From: a virus
IMG/VR virus record: IMGVR_UViG_3300034073_004654
Span: 1-64,000 of that record
Length of the DNA: 64,000 nucleotides
Direction: 5' to 3' (one strand)
Every line of letters starts with the position of its first letter. Within the stretch, counting starts at the first letter, position 1. Below the pieces are notes generated by a model. It made no database searches. It saw nothing but the letters and a program-made list of their open reading frames with translations, and was not told the origin of the DNA. Shown here in pieces: positions 9,410 through 18,390 of the stretch. The translations under genes and the position numbers were made by a program.

Positions 9410-9437
9410 TTGACAGGTAAAGATCGCGCCTTATGTT
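9410..9437 (+). promoter_or_regulatory. Sigma70-type promoter
   Basis: TTGACA-N16-TATGTT; AAGATC spacer; upstream AACTATCTGCAATTAA box. Confidence 0.75.
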
Positions 9438-9476
9438 GGTAGGGTCGCAGATAGAAGCGATCAAAGGAAGCAAATT

Positions 9477-9986
9477 ATGAACTATACTCTTGAGATTGTT
9501 CCCGATATCGATCCGATTAATCCTCGTGAAGATAGGGAATTTAGCACTATCTATTATAGTTCTTATCGTTATACTCTTGGTGATGAGTGCGTTTCTAAAG
9601 AGGAGATTGATCGCATTATCGAAGATAAGGATATGGTGTATCTTCCGGTTTATGCTTATATCCATGGTGGGGTAATGCTGAATACTTCTGGATTTTCTTG
9701 TCCTTGGGATTCTGGAATGAGCGGTATTATTGCGGTATCCAAGGATAAGATTCGCCGGATTTACAATACCAAGCGAGTTACTAAGAAGATTCTGGAGCAA
9801 GTTAATAATCGTCTTAAGGCGGAAGTTGAGGAGTTTTCTCAATATCTGAACGGTGAAGTCTACGGTTTCCAGGTTAAGGACGCAAACGGAGATATTGTGG
9901 AAAGCTGTTACGGATTTTATTCCGAGGAGGATGCAGAATCCGAGGGTAAGACAGTTTTGGATTATTTCAATAAGAAGGCGGCTTGA
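9477..9986 (+). CDS. Conserved hypothetical phage protein
   Basis: NPRE...LPVYAYIHGG...CPWDSG...YLNGEVYGF. Confidence 0.8.
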   Translation: MNYTLEIVPDIDPINPREDREFSTIYYSSYRYTLGDECVSKEEIDRIIEDKDMVYLPVYAYIHGGVMLNTSGFSCPWDSGMSGIIAVSKDKIRRIYNTKRVTKKILEQVNNRLKAEVEEFSQYLNGEVYGFQVKDANGDIVESCYGFYSEEDAESEGKTVLDYFNKKAA

Positions 9987-10142
9987 TATGATTCAATATT
10001 ATTCCGGGGAGAATTTCGATAAGATTACGAACCTAGCATTGAAACTGGCAGATCAAGCCAGAAATAATGGTAGGGTTAATCCTCAATATGGATATTCTTC
10101 TGAGGATTGGGCGGAAGCTCAAAAGTTGATTCATAACAAGGC

Positions 10143-10170
10143 TTGACGTTAAAAGATTCTGAGTTATCTT
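10143..10170 (+). promoter_or_regulatory. Sigma70-type promoter
   Basis: TTGACG-N16-TATCTT, AAGATT spacer. Confidence 0.7.
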
Positions 10171-10197
10171 ATAAGGTAAAGGATAAGGGAGGTTATT

Positions 10198-10644
10198 ATG
10201 GGTTTGGATATGTATCTCAGCCGTAAGACGTATGTTAAGAATTGGGGATACGATACTTGGAAGGTTACAGTTACCTTTGAGGGTAAGCCTTCTCATATCG
10301 ATCCGGCAAAGATTGCTTATATTGAGGAGGAGATTGGATATTGGCGAAAAGCCAATCAAATTCATAAGTGGTTTGTGGATAATGTCCAAGATGGAAAGGA
10401 CGATTGTGGGGATTATTATGTTTCCCATGAGAATTTGGCAAAGTTGAAGGATCTTTGTCAAAAGGTTTTGGACAATCCTAATTTGGGATCTCAATTGCTT
10501 CCTACTACCAGTGGTTTTTTCTTTGGTAATACGGATTATGACCAGGATTATCTGGATGATCTGAGGGAAACTATTAAGATTTGCGATGATGCCATGTCGG
10601 TGGAATCTGGCAAGGCAAGTCTTTACTATAGTTCTAGTTGGTGA
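10198..10644 (+). CDS. Conserved hypothetical phage protein
   Basis: MGLDMYL...YWRKANQIHKWF...LLPTTSGFFFG...YSSSW; GGAGG SD. Confidence 0.85.
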   Translation: MGLDMYLSRKTYVKNWGYDTWKVTVTFEGKPSHIDPAKIAYIEEEIGYWRKANQIHKWFVDNVQDGKDDCGDYYVSHENLAKLKDLCQKVLDNPNLGSQLLPTTSGFFFGNTDYDQDYLDDLRETIKICDDAMSVESGKASLYYSSSW

Positions 10645-10701
10645 AATTAAGTAGCTCCAAGGGATAATCTTTAGAGTGAGGTTATCCCTTGGAGTTATAA
10701 T

Positions 10702-10995
10702 TTGAGAAAGTTGTTTCATATGAACAGAATTGGATATTGGCAGCATCTTATGTTGAAAAACATCTTTAATACCAGGCAAGGAGCTTTTTATTCTCTTATG
10801 GAGCTGCGGGGAAATGCCAGGAAATACGAGCCAGTATATCAAAGGCATTTGCTAAAGGCGATTGAATTGCATAATGCTGGTGTGATTTCTGGAAAAAATC
10901 GAAAGCGTTGTTCGCCTATTCCTATGGGATATCGAATTGAGATTGGAAAATATGGTCCTAAAGGTGGTAAGGGATATTTGCTGGTAAAGATTTGA
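10702..10995 (+). CDS. Hypothetical protein
   Basis: ORF track; start uncertain. Confidence 0.55.
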   Translation: MRKLFHMNRIGYWQHLMLKNIFNTRQGAFYSLMELRGNARKYEPVYQRHLLKAIELHNAGVISGKNRKRCSPIPMGYRIEIGKYGPKGGKGYLLVKI

Positions 10996-11012
10996 GTGAA
11001 TATGTCGCTGTG

Positions 11013-12260
11013 GTCAATTACCACCAGCACAAGGCTGGTGGCTTGTAAGTAGCATTTCTGCCCCTACAATAGGCTGATTGACAACAGCCCCATTGGATAG
11101 CTTATAGCTATCCAATGCTCTAATGCTAATATTTCTACTAGCATTCAAGTCTGCATTTAGTTTAAATCCACAGCTTTTACAGCAAAAATTAGCTTGATTT
11201 TTCCTGTTCTTTTTATCTATGTTTCCACACTTGCTACATTTTTGACTAGTATAAGCTGGATTTACATAAACTACATTTATGCCTTTTGCTATTGCTTTAT
11301 AAATCAAAAACTGTTCTAACTGATAATAATTCCAGCTATTTAAAGCTGCTCTTTGACGTTTTCTGACTTTTTGATTTCTAATACCAGTCAATTTCTCTAA
11401 AGCAATAGTGTCACCTGAATTTAAACTGTTTATTATTTCTTTACTTATCTTATGATTAAGATCTGCCTTAAACCGTTTTTCCTTACCTGATAATTTCTTA
11501 AGGTGTCTTTTAGCAGATTTGCTTCCATTTTTTTGTAAGTTACTTCTTAATGTTTTACGTTTCTGGCAAATTAATTTTAATTTATCTCCAGAATAAAATT
11601 TATTATTTGAAGTAACAGCTAGTTTGTTTATTCCTCTATCAACTCCTAAAAATTTTCCATTCGATTTAATATCTTCAATATCTTTTTCAAAAGATATGTG
11701 TAAGTAGACCTTTCCTTTTTTAAGGACAAGATCAGCACTGGTATATTTCCATCCATCAAAATAATGCTGATAATATACTGGAATATTTAGTTTAATTTTT
11801 TTCCTACCATCAATTGTTAAAATTGACACTTCTCCAGATTTAAGCAAAGAATAGCTATTACAATCTAATCTAATAGAGGACAGTTTGGATTGTGGACATT
11901 TGCTGTATTTATTTTTACTTTTAATGCTTTTTAAAGCTTCTACTGCTTTGGTTCTGGCTGAAATAGCTAATTGTGATGGTAGGTTAAAATTGGCTCTACA
12001 ATCTTGGTAAGTTAATTTATGAAGTTCAATAGCGTTAGATATTTTATTATCATAGCCAACTTGACAAACTAAGTTAAATGCATTAGTATAGGCTTGCAAC
12101 GATGGTAGAATTTGATCTACCTTCATATTAAGTTTTAACTTAGCAGTCCTACATAGCTTCATATATGAATATATAAAGTTATGCATAGAAATTTAAAAAA
12201 ATTAGAAAGGGGCAATTCCTCCACCAGCACGAGGCTGGTGGTATCCTTGCCAAGAAGATT
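11013..12260 (-). mobile_element. IS200/IS605 (IS1341-like, TnpB only) element
   Basis: Matching subterminal hairpins caccagcacRaggctggtg at both ends; inserted 3' of TTCAT on minus strand; right end TTGAC; no target duplication. Confidence 0.9.
11014..12162 (-). CDS. tnpB: RNA-guided endonuclease TnpB
   Basis: GVDRG, IALEKL, YTSQKCSKCG...FCCKSCG zinc finger, NADLNASRNI. Confidence 0.93.
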   Translation of the reverse strand: MKLCRTAKLKLNMKVDQILPSLQAYTNAFNLVCQVGYDNKISNAIELHKLTYQDCRANFNLPSQLAISARTKAVEALKSIKSKNKYSKCPQSKLSSIRLDCNSYSLLKSGEVSILTIDGRKKIKLNIPVYYQHYFDGWKYTSADLVLKKGKVYLHISFEKDIEDIKSNGKFLGVDRGINKLAVTSNNKFYSGDKLKLICQKRKTLRSNLQKNGSKSAKRHLKKLSGKEKRFKADLNHKISKEIINSLNSGDTIALEKLTGIRNQKVRKRQRAALNSWNYYQLEQFLIYKAIAKGINVVYVNPAYTSQKCSKCGNIDKKNRKNQANFCCKSCGFKLNADLNASRNISIRALDSYKLSNGAVVNQPIVGAEMLLTSHQPCAGGN

Positions 12261-12354
12261 ATGAAATTGGCAAACATCGGGCTCTTAAAAAGCCCCGCTT
12301 AACGGTTTATCGGTTCAAATCCGATCAGCGGCACCAATAATTCAACATAAAACC

Positions 12355-12636
12355 ATGAGTGATTTACAAGTTTTAGAAGATATCCAGGTTTGCACGGTAG
12401 TAATTGATAGAACACCATATACCAGTTCCGGTGCAATTTTAAGGAAACATGAATTAATGGTGGTTTCAATTGCTCCAAAATGGAATCATGACTTTATCAG
12501 TTTAGCCAAATTCATTGTTTTGGGGAATGGAAATTCCGATATTCGGATTTTTAAGATGCCTTTTTCTGAATTTAAAGATAAAGTGGAAAAAGGCGATTAT
12601 GTAGTGGTAGATATTGTGGCAGATCAATCGCAGTAA
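12355..12636 (+). CDS. Hypothetical protein, probable paralog of 8389..8640
   Basis: Shared C-terminal motif. Confidence 0.7.
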   Translation: MSDLQVLEDIQVCTVVIDRTPYTSSGAILRKHELMVVSIAPKWNHDFISLAKFIVLGNGNSDIRIFKMPFSEFKDKVEKGDYVVVDIVADQSQ

Positions 12637-12962
12637 TCAACTTCTACCAAATAATAATTTGGCAAATCATCTTCGATTAAGATTCCATGTTCTTCTAACA
12701 TGGGAGTAAGTTCAAGAACTTCGATCAATCTTTCATTTTCTTTTTCAAAAGACTTTGAGATATCAGGATCTTCAGAGTTTCTTTTAACCCAATCATTCAT
12801 TAATCTATGATAAGCCTGCTTTAATCCTTGGAAAGTGGCTAATTTCAAATGATTATCTCTTAGTAAGGATTCGGCTTTCTCTTTGTTAGAAAAAATTTTA
12901 ATAGGAATCGAGATAGATTCATTATTGGAACGATAATGTTGCATTAAAACATAAACCTTCAT
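12624..12962 (-). CDS. Hypothetical protein
   Basis: MKVYVL...IKIFSNKEKAE, typical small phage protein start. Confidence 0.65.
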   Translation of the reverse strand: MKVYVLMQHYRSNNESISIPIKIFSNKEKAESLLRDNHLKLATFQGLKQAYHRLMNDWVKRNSEDPDISKSFEKENERLIEVLELTPMLEEHGILIEDDLPNYYLVEVDYCD

Positions 12963-13002
12963 AATAATATGATGTTTTATGCAATTGCTAAGAAGGAGAG
13001 AT

Positions 13003-13209
13003 ATGAGCAAGCAATCTTTTGAAGATAATGCAATTAGTTTTCCAATTTGCGATGGGGTAGAACTATCTGTTTCTGCATCGGATGATAGCAGGAAAGTAAA
13101 TATTCATGTTGGAAATCAAGATGTTGGAATTTATTTAGAGCCGAATAAGAAGCAATTGCAGCGATTGATTCGAAATTTGAAGCAAATTGAAAGCGGGCTA
13201 AAGGGTTAA
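13003..13209 (+). CDS. Hypothetical protein
   Basis: AAGGAG SD. Confidence 0.65.
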   Translation: MSKQSFEDNAISFPICDGVELSVSASDDSRKVNIHVGNQDVGIYLEPNKKQLQRLIRNLKQIESGLKG

Positions 13210-13211
13210 AA

Positions 13212-13424
13212 ATGTCTTATATTCAAAAAGGTGATAAAATTTTGGTTTATGGAAAGCCTGCTATTGCCACTTCTAACGAATACACCAAGTTAGTTTATGA
13301 TTCTTATGATTATGATTTAGAATCTTGGGGTTACGAAGGAGGAACCGCAACGGGCTACATTAATGTAGAATACGAAAACGGGGTTGTAGCATCGGTTCCA
13401 ACGCGAATTTGCAGCAAGGCATAA
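13212..13424 (+). CDS. Hypothetical protein
   Basis: ORF in operon. Confidence 0.65.
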   Translation: MSYIQKGDKILVYGKPAIATSNEYTKLVYDSYDYDLESWGYEGGTATGYINVEYENGVVASVPTRICSKA

Positions 13425-13441
13425 CAAATTGATTTAACGGC

Positions 13442-13469
13442 TTGACAAGAAAAGATCCTGCATTATGTT
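13442..13469 (+). promoter_or_regulatory. Sigma70-type promoter
   Basis: TTGACAAGAAAAGATCCTG..TTATGTT. Confidence 0.75.
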
Positions 13470-13492
13470 ACAGGGTGAGGCTAGGGGCAATT

Positions 13493-13708
13493 ATGAAAGA
13501 AAAGGCTAATTCTGACATGATTCAAGAAGATATTTTTCATCAATTGAAGGTTACGATTCAAGAAGCAATTGTAGCGGAGTGCGGAAAATCTGAATCTGTG
13601 GTTAAATTGGATGATTGGGAGGATCTATTTTGGGCAAGTAGGGCTTTGGGTCGATATTTGACCGATCAAGAATGGAATGCAATTGGCAAGTCTGCCGGAT
13701 ATTTTTGA
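13493..13708 (+). CDS. Hypothetical protein
   Basis: First ORF after promoter. Confidence 0.6.
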   Translation: MKEKANSDMIQEDIFHQLKVTIQEAIVAECGKSESVVKLDDWEDLFWASRALGRYLTDQEWNAIGKSAGYF

Positions 13709-13719
13709 TGTAGATGGTC

Positions 13720-13747
13720 TTGACAAGAAAAGATCCTGAGTTATACT
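13720..13747 (+). promoter_or_regulatory. Sigma70-type promoter
   Basis: TTGACAAGAAAAGATCCTGAGTTATACT. Confidence 0.8.
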
Positions 13748-13767
13748 GATTGGAGATGGAGGCAGCT

Positions 13768-14298
13768 ATGAGTTTTTTTAATGATCTTTCGGTTATTCGT
13801 CCTGATTCTACCTTTTTGACTCTGAAAGGTTATCGTTCGCAGTTTGACGAGGTGGCAGATTATAACATTGTATTTCATGTTAGTTATGAAAATGCTTTGA
13901 AGAAGTCGGTTGCTATTCTCGAGAATTATGTTCCCGGTGATCTTTTGGAAGAAAAGGCTAAGAACGAGCTAATTGCAGGTTACAAGGCTTCTTTGTATAA
14001 GATTGCCAATGATTCCGAGAGTGAATCGGAGCATTATGCAAAGGTTTTGGATGAGGCTGGCAAGGCAATTAAGGGAGTAAAGGTTCACCGAGAGACGGGT
14101 ATTGCTTATATTTTCGGTTTGCTTCATCGAAAGCATGTGATTAAGGCTGGAGAGTATAAGAACAGCAATAAGCAGGCTTTTACTTTGGTTAAGGATAGTC
14201 TGAGGAAGCTAACTCCTGTCAATAAGTGGCGACAATTTATTGTTAAGCCTGGGCAGGTTGAGGCGATTAAGGTTGAGAATTTGACTTTGCTTCCTTGA
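13768..14298 (+). CDS. Hypothetical protein
   Basis: GGAGG SD; long ORF. Confidence 0.75.
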   Translation: MSFFNDLSVIRPDSTFLTLKGYRSQFDEVADYNIVFHVSYENALKKSVAILENYVPGDLLEEKAKNELIAGYKASLYKIANDSESESEHYAKVLDEAGKAIKGVKVHRETGIAYIFGLLHRKHVIKAGEYKNSNKQAFTLVKDSLRKLTPVNKWRQFIVKPGQVEAIKVENLTLLP

Positions 14299-14345
14299 TT
14301 CAGGTTTCTGAGAGTTATTACTTTAGCTATAAGGGAATTGATAAC

Positions 14346-14579
14346 ATGAAGATCGGACAGCGAGTAATGATTAACAATGTTGATGGTCCCCATACTTTTG
14401 GGGTATATGCTGGAACCGCTGTAATGCAGCGGTTTGAGAATTCCGATATGGAAACTATGGCAATTGTCCGATTGGATATGGGAGATTGTGGATATATTTT
14501 GCCGGATGGTCGAGGAAAGAAGCCTGTAAATTTTGTGAGTTGTGTGGTTGTTCATCCTAGTAATTTGACGGTTGCTTGA
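14346..14579 (+). CDS. Hypothetical protein
   Basis: ORF in operon. Confidence 0.6.
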   Translation: MKIGQRVMINNVDGPHTFGVYAGTAVMQRFENSDMETMAIVRLDMGDCGYILPDGRGKKPVNFVSCVVVHPSNLTVA

Positions 14580-14590
14580 GGGAGGTTATT

Positions 14591-14965
14591 ATGGGATATT
14601 ATATGAGCCAGGTAGATGCGGATTTCTTTATTTCCAAAAAGAATTTCCCTGATGTAATTAGGGCAATTCACCAGATGGATTCTGATGGTTCTTGGGTTCG
14701 TTCTGATTTCCGAGAAACCAAGGATCTTGAGGAGATTTTTAATTGTTGGCGATGGGAAATCTTTTTCGACGAAGATGGGGATGTGACGGATATTTCTTTC
14801 CGTGGTGAGAAGTTGGGGGATGATGAACTTTTGTTTAAGGCAATTGCGCCATATGTGAAGAAGGGTTCATTTATTCAGATGAATGGGGAGGGTACGGATC
14901 AATGGCGTTGGGTCTTTAATGGGGTTAGTTGTTACGAGCAACATCCTAGGGTAATTTGGGATTGA
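14591..14965 (+). CDS. Conserved hypothetical phage protein
   Basis: GEKLGDDE.LF.AIAPYV..GS.I.M.GE...WRW.F; GGAGG SD. Confidence 0.75.
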   Translation: MGYYMSQVDADFFISKKNFPDVIRAIHQMDSDGSWVRSDFRETKDLEEIFNCWRWEIFFDEDGDVTDISFRGEKLGDDELLFKAIAPYVKKGSFIQMNGEGTDQWRWVFNGVSCYEQHPRVIWD

Positions 14966-14979
14966 AAGGAAAAAAAACA

Positions 14980-15276
14980 ATGACAAAGATTACTGTTGTA
15001 GTTAAAGAGCCTGGTAAGACTCCTGAAGTTAAAGAGATTGATGATACTTTGGAGTCTATGCAGGAAGTAGTTGGTGGATATATTGAACTGGTAGCTATGC
15101 CCAATAATCTTGATTTTTATGTTAATGAGGAGGGGTTAGCCGAGGGATTGCCGTTTAATACCCATATTCGAGGAGTTCCGGTAGTGGGTACGGTTTTTGC
15201 AGCTTCGAGGAATTCTAGTGGAGATACCATTGGATTGACTAAATCTCAGATTGACAAGGTAATGACCTTAATTTAA
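14980..15276 (+). CDS. DUF3846-like protein
   Basis: LESMQEVVGGYIE...NEEG...GLPFN. Confidence 0.75.
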   Translation: MTKITVVVKEPGKTPEVKEIDDTLESMQEVVGGYIELVAMPNNLDFYVNEEGLAEGLPFNTHIRGVPVVGTVFAASRNSSGDTIGLTKSQIDKVMTLI

Positions 15277-15287
15277 AATAAGACTTT

Positions 15288-15364
15288 CCGACCTTAGCTC
15301 AATTGGTTAGAGCATCCGACTCATAATCGGCAGGTTTTCGGTTCAAGTCCGAAAGGTCGGACCA
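15288..15364 (+). tRNA. tRNA with CAU anticodon (Ile2 or elongator Met)
   Basis: ccgacct/aggtcgg acceptor, ctcataa loop, ttcaagt T-loop, encoded CCA. Confidence 0.92.
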
Positions 15365-15578
15365 TTTACATATAACTATACGGAGTTTATTATGAGCCAA
15401 TTTTATATCCGAGCGGTTAATGAGTTCGATGACAATGGTGCGGCATTGTTTTGGAACAATGAATTTGGTTGGGTAAATCAATCCGAGGCGGATATTTTTT
15501 CTTCCGAGGAAATGATTGAGTTTGATTTGCCGATGGGCGGAGTTTGGCAAAAGTTTTTTAATTGAGGGAGGTTAAATC

Positions 15579-15809
15579 ATGAATATTATTAATCACGAGA
15601 GTATTGTTGATGTTAAACCCATTCAGATTGTTTCGGGGTGTCGTCCTCACCGAAAGGTTTTGAGGCATATTCCTGAGAATAAGATCACTCCTTATGTGAT
15701 TCATATTGAAAATCTCGAGGTTGAAGGAGATAATCTTGTTCATTTGGATTTTCATGCAGGTCATTACTTTAGGGATCTAGAGTCTGCCAAGCTAGCTTTT
15801 GGTAATTGA
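15579..15809 (+). CDS. Hypothetical protein
   Basis: GGAGG SD. Confidence 0.65.
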   Translation: MNIINHESIVDVKPIQIVSGCRPHRKVLRHIPENKITPYVIHIENLEVEGDNLVHLDFHAGHYFRDLESAKLAFGN

Positions 15810-15828
15810 AATAATAAGGAAAATCCTC

Positions 15829-16035
15829 ATGGAAGCTATTATTAAAGAAGCGGGCAACGGATTTCCTACAATTGGTGATGTTCTGGAGAATGACGAAGGA
15901 TGTTTTAAGGTAACATCTTATATTGGACCAATCCATACCAGCGGTTTTGGGAAGCCCAATTATATTTATGCGACTGTAGAGCCGACTCAAGATTCTGATG
16001 ATATTTTCCAGGCTCATTTAATTGTCCAGAATTAA
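15829..16035 (+). CDS. Hypothetical protein
   Basis: AAGGA SD. Confidence 0.6.
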   Translation: MEAIIKEAGNGFPTIGDVLENDEGCFKVTSYIGPIHTSGFGKPNYIYATVEPTQDSDDIFQAHLIVQN

Positions 16036-16040
16036 AGTAG

Positions 16041-16069
16041 TTGACTTGGAAAAGAACTTGTGTTAGAAT
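16041..16069 (+). promoter_or_regulatory. Sigma70-type promoter
   Basis: TTGACT-N17-TAGAAT. Confidence 0.7.
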
Positions 16070-16095
16070 AGTTGTGCAGAGTGAGGGAGACTAAA

Positions 16096-16308
16096 ATGAA
16101 CAAATACGGTATGATTATTGAGGAAAAGCGGGTCCATTTCGTGATTGTGGAAGCCGAGGATGAAGATCGGGCAATTGAAATTGCAGCGGAAATGGGCGTT
16201 GATGATTATGACCAAACGGATATTGGCGGAGATTGGGATGTGACTACTTGCCAAAAGTTTAAGATTAGTGAATCTGACAAGGTAATTGCTAAGAAGGTAC
16301 TTGGCTGA
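16096..16308 (+). CDS. Hypothetical protein
   Basis: VEAEDEDRA motif; GGAG SD. Confidence 0.65.
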   Translation: MNKYGMIIEEKRVHFVIVEAEDEDRAIEIAAEMGVDDYDQTDIGGDWDVTTCQKFKISESDKVIAKKVLG

Positions 16309-16345
16309 GTTAAGTAGACTTGCTAAACAAAGATGTTTTGAGGTG

Positions 16346-16374
16346 TTGACGGGGTAAAGATCATGCGTTATGGT
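16346..16374 (+). promoter_or_regulatory. Sigma70-type promoter driving tRNA-Leu
   Basis: TTGACG-N17-TATGGT, AAGATC spacer. Confidence 0.7.
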
Positions 16375-16432
16375 GTAGCTATGAGTGCAAGGGGACCGCC
16401 TAATCATTGATAGTTGTGGGATTGTGAGATAT

Positions 16433-16514
16433 GCCACGGTGGAGAAATCGGAAAACTCAGGAGACTCAAAATTTCCCGCTTAACAGCTTGTCGGTTCGAT
16501 CCCGACCCGTGGTA
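16433..16514 (+). tRNA. tRNA-Leu(CAA), no encoded CCA
   Basis: gccacgg/ccgtggt acceptor, ctcaaaa loop, long variable arm, ttcgatc T-loop; followed by CAA. Confidence 0.88.
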
Positions 16515-16546
16515 CAAAGATATTTTAATTAGTGAGGACAAAGCAA

Positions 16547-16765
16547 ATGGCAAAAATTCAGTTCTGCGATGGTTGTCATAAGGAACGTAAGAACGTAATT
16601 TCTTGTGGTCGCGATTCTAATGGCGATCCCGACGCTCCTGATTTGTGTTTTATTTGTCGCAAGGAAGCTGAGAAGTTTCGTTGTTGGTCGCATAAGGCAG
16701 GAAAGTATATTCCTAACACTTGGGTCTATACTTTTAATGAAGTAACTGATTCGGTTGTTTACTGA
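16547..16765 (+). CDS. Small zinc-finger-like protein
   Basis: CDGC...CFIC. Confidence 0.6.
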   Translation: MAKIQFCDGCHKERKNVISCGRDSNGDPDAPDLCFICRKEAEKFRCWSHKAGKYIPNTWVYTFNEVTDSVVY

Positions 16766-16784
16766 TTACCTGAGAGGATAGAAA

Positions 16785-17174
16785 ATGGGCGCTGAACTTA
16801 TTTCTGCGGTTCTTGAGATTGATCACAATGTCCAGCCTGATTGGGATAAGGCTGAGAATTTCATCCGTAATATGGATGATTTGACGATGGTTAATCTGTA
16901 TTTCAAGATTATTGACCTAGGTAATGAATATATCCAGGAAGATTTGCCTGAAATTGTCAAGGATATTGAACATGCTCGTCAAGGATTTTTGGATGCTTTG
17001 AATGATTGTTTGGCAGGTTGGCAAAACAGTCATAGGTTTATGAATAAGATTCGGCTTAAGAATAGCACGATTTTGCTGGCGGCTGGTGAAACTTGGGGAG
17101 ATAGTGTTCATCAATGCGACAGTATTATGTTGTTTGATGGTTGCGGGGCAGCAAAAGAAGCCGGATTTTACTGA
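16785..17174 (+). CDS. Hypothetical protein
   Basis: GAGG SD. Confidence 0.7.
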   Translation: MGAELISAVLEIDHNVQPDWDKAENFIRNMDDLTMVNLYFKIIDLGNEYIQEDLPEIVKDIEHARQGFLDALNDCLAGWQNSHRFMNKIRLKNSTILLAAGETWGDSVHQCDSIMLFDGCGAAKEAGFY

Positions 17175-17194
17175 AACAAGATTTTAGGAGCAAT

Positions 17195-17428
17195 ATGAGC
17201 AAAGTTCTTTTATCTACCAGCGGTTATGGCGGCTATTATGCCAGTCTTTTAAGTGATGAAGAAGCTCCAGGTTATGAAAATGATGGTTGCTGCGTGGTAG
17301 AAATTCCTGAATCTAAAGCCGCCGAATGGAAAGAGCTTTGTTACAAAATGGATGAATTTCAAAGGCTTTGGAAAAAGCTTAGTAATGAATGGTATGATGA
17401 GTTTGGGTTTGATCCTAAGAAGGGTTAA
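17195..17428 (+). CDS. Hypothetical protein
   Basis: AGGAG SD. Confidence 0.65.
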   Translation: MSKVLLSTSGYGGYYASLLSDEEAPGYENDGCCVVEIPESKAAEWKELCYKMDEFQRLWKKLSNEWYDEFGFDPKKG

Positions 17429-17437
17429 ATAAGTCTA

Positions 17438-17644
17438 ATGCAGCTTTATTGTATAGGATATACAGAAGATGATTCTCCTACGGGCAAAGTTCTTTCTTGG
17501 AAAAAGAAGGCTAACGGAGAAGATGATGTTTATGAAGATTATGGGTTAGCTTTAGAGGCTATTGAGAATGATGGTTGGTGGGGTTATGTTTTAGAATATC
17601 CTCAAGGAATCCATCCTGGGTGGAAAGATAAGATTAAAGGTTAA
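17438..17644 (+). CDS. Hypothetical protein
   Basis: ORF in operon. Confidence 0.6.
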   Translation: MQLYCIGYTEDDSPTGKVLSWKKKANGEDDVYEDYGLALEAIENDGWWGYVLEYPQGIHPGWKDKIKG

Positions 17645-17646
17645 TT

Positions 17647-17856
17647 ATGGAATTTCAAACTCGTTCTGAAGTCAACGGCATGGGGTATTACGATTCTTTG
17701 GGTGCGGCTATGAAAGCTGCTGCAAAGGATTCGACTATCTGGAAGATTTCCTTTACGGTTGGAAAGGAAAGCGTTAGATTGGTTAAGCGAGATGGTCAAT
17801 GGATTTACGAGCCATTGTTTCCGATGGATCGAGTTAATTTGGAATTCATGGATTGA
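17647..17856 (+). CDS. Hypothetical protein
   Basis: ORF in operon. Confidence 0.65.
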   Translation: MEFQTRSEVNGMGYYDSLGAAMKAAAKDSTIWKISFTVGKESVRLVKRDGQWIYEPLFPMDRVNLEFMD

Positions 17857-17865
17857 GGGGTAAAT

Positions 17866-18054
17866 ATGGAATTTTCTCAAGAAGATTTGGTTATTATTCG
17901 CAAAGCTCTTTGTGCATATCAGGAGCATTTGACACCATCTGCATCGTATGTTAAAGAAATTGCAGATTGGTCTGGTAAGGTTGCCAATGTTCAGCACAAG
18001 CTAAACAAGATTTTGCTCAACAGCGAAAGTTTGATTAATCGAGATAGTCGTTAA
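17866..18054 (+). CDS. Hypothetical protein
   Basis: GAGG SD. Confidence 0.6.
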   Translation: MEFSQEDLVIIRKALCAYQEHLTPSASYVKEIADWSGKVANVQHKLNKILLNSESLINRDSR

Positions 18055-18070
18055 ATTAGGAAAAACGATT

Positions 18071-18298
18071 ATGGAAAAATACATTGACAGGGTTGATATC
18101 CAAGATATTGCCGAGGAGCATCATCTTGGAAATGTTTATTTCGAGTGGCGAACGGCGGTCAATACAGGAAAGCAATTTGAGGCTGGATATGTAATGCGAG
18201 ACAATAGGAAAGTCTTGTTTTGCAAGAGTAGTATTTTTGCTCCAAAGGGTCATTTCTATCTTTGCAATGAGTTTCGGGAAATCAACGGAACTGACTAG
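18071..18298 (+). CDS. Hypothetical protein
   Basis: ORF in operon. Confidence 0.6.
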   Translation: MEKYIDRVDIQDIAEEHHLGNVYFEWRTAVNTGKQFEAGYVMRDNRKVLFCKSSIFAPKGHFYLCNEFREINGTD

Positions 18299-18355
18299 AA
18301 TTTCTGTCTAGTGAAAAAATCTGTTTATTTACAAATAATTTTAAATTTTCAAATT

Positions 18356-18387
18356 AAAAAACCAGGAATTATTTTCCTGGTTTTTTT
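18356..18387. terminator. Bidirectional intrinsic terminator
   Basis: aaaaaaccagg/cctggtttttt between convergent genes. Confidence 0.8.
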
Positions 18388-18390
18388 ATT

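Larger units (their letters stand above)
11004..12336 (+). tRNA. tRNA-Leu(UAA) interrupted by IS200/IS605 element (parts 11004-11012 and 12261-12336)
   Basis: Joining gtcgctgtg and atgaaattggcaaacat...gggct-cttaaaa-agccc...ttcaaat...cagcggc-a-cca restores a full type II cloverleaf. Confidence 0.88.

Noticed and set aside
10033-10848. Long minus-strand ORFs (also 23402..24202, 43082..43678, 6125..6628 and similar)
   Set aside because: These are antisense shadows of plus-strand genes that have SD sites and recognisable motifs.
11013-12260. IStron (self-splicing IS) rescuing the tRNA
   Set aside because: The element is antisense to the tRNA, almost entirely filled by tnpB, and shows no group I core motifs.
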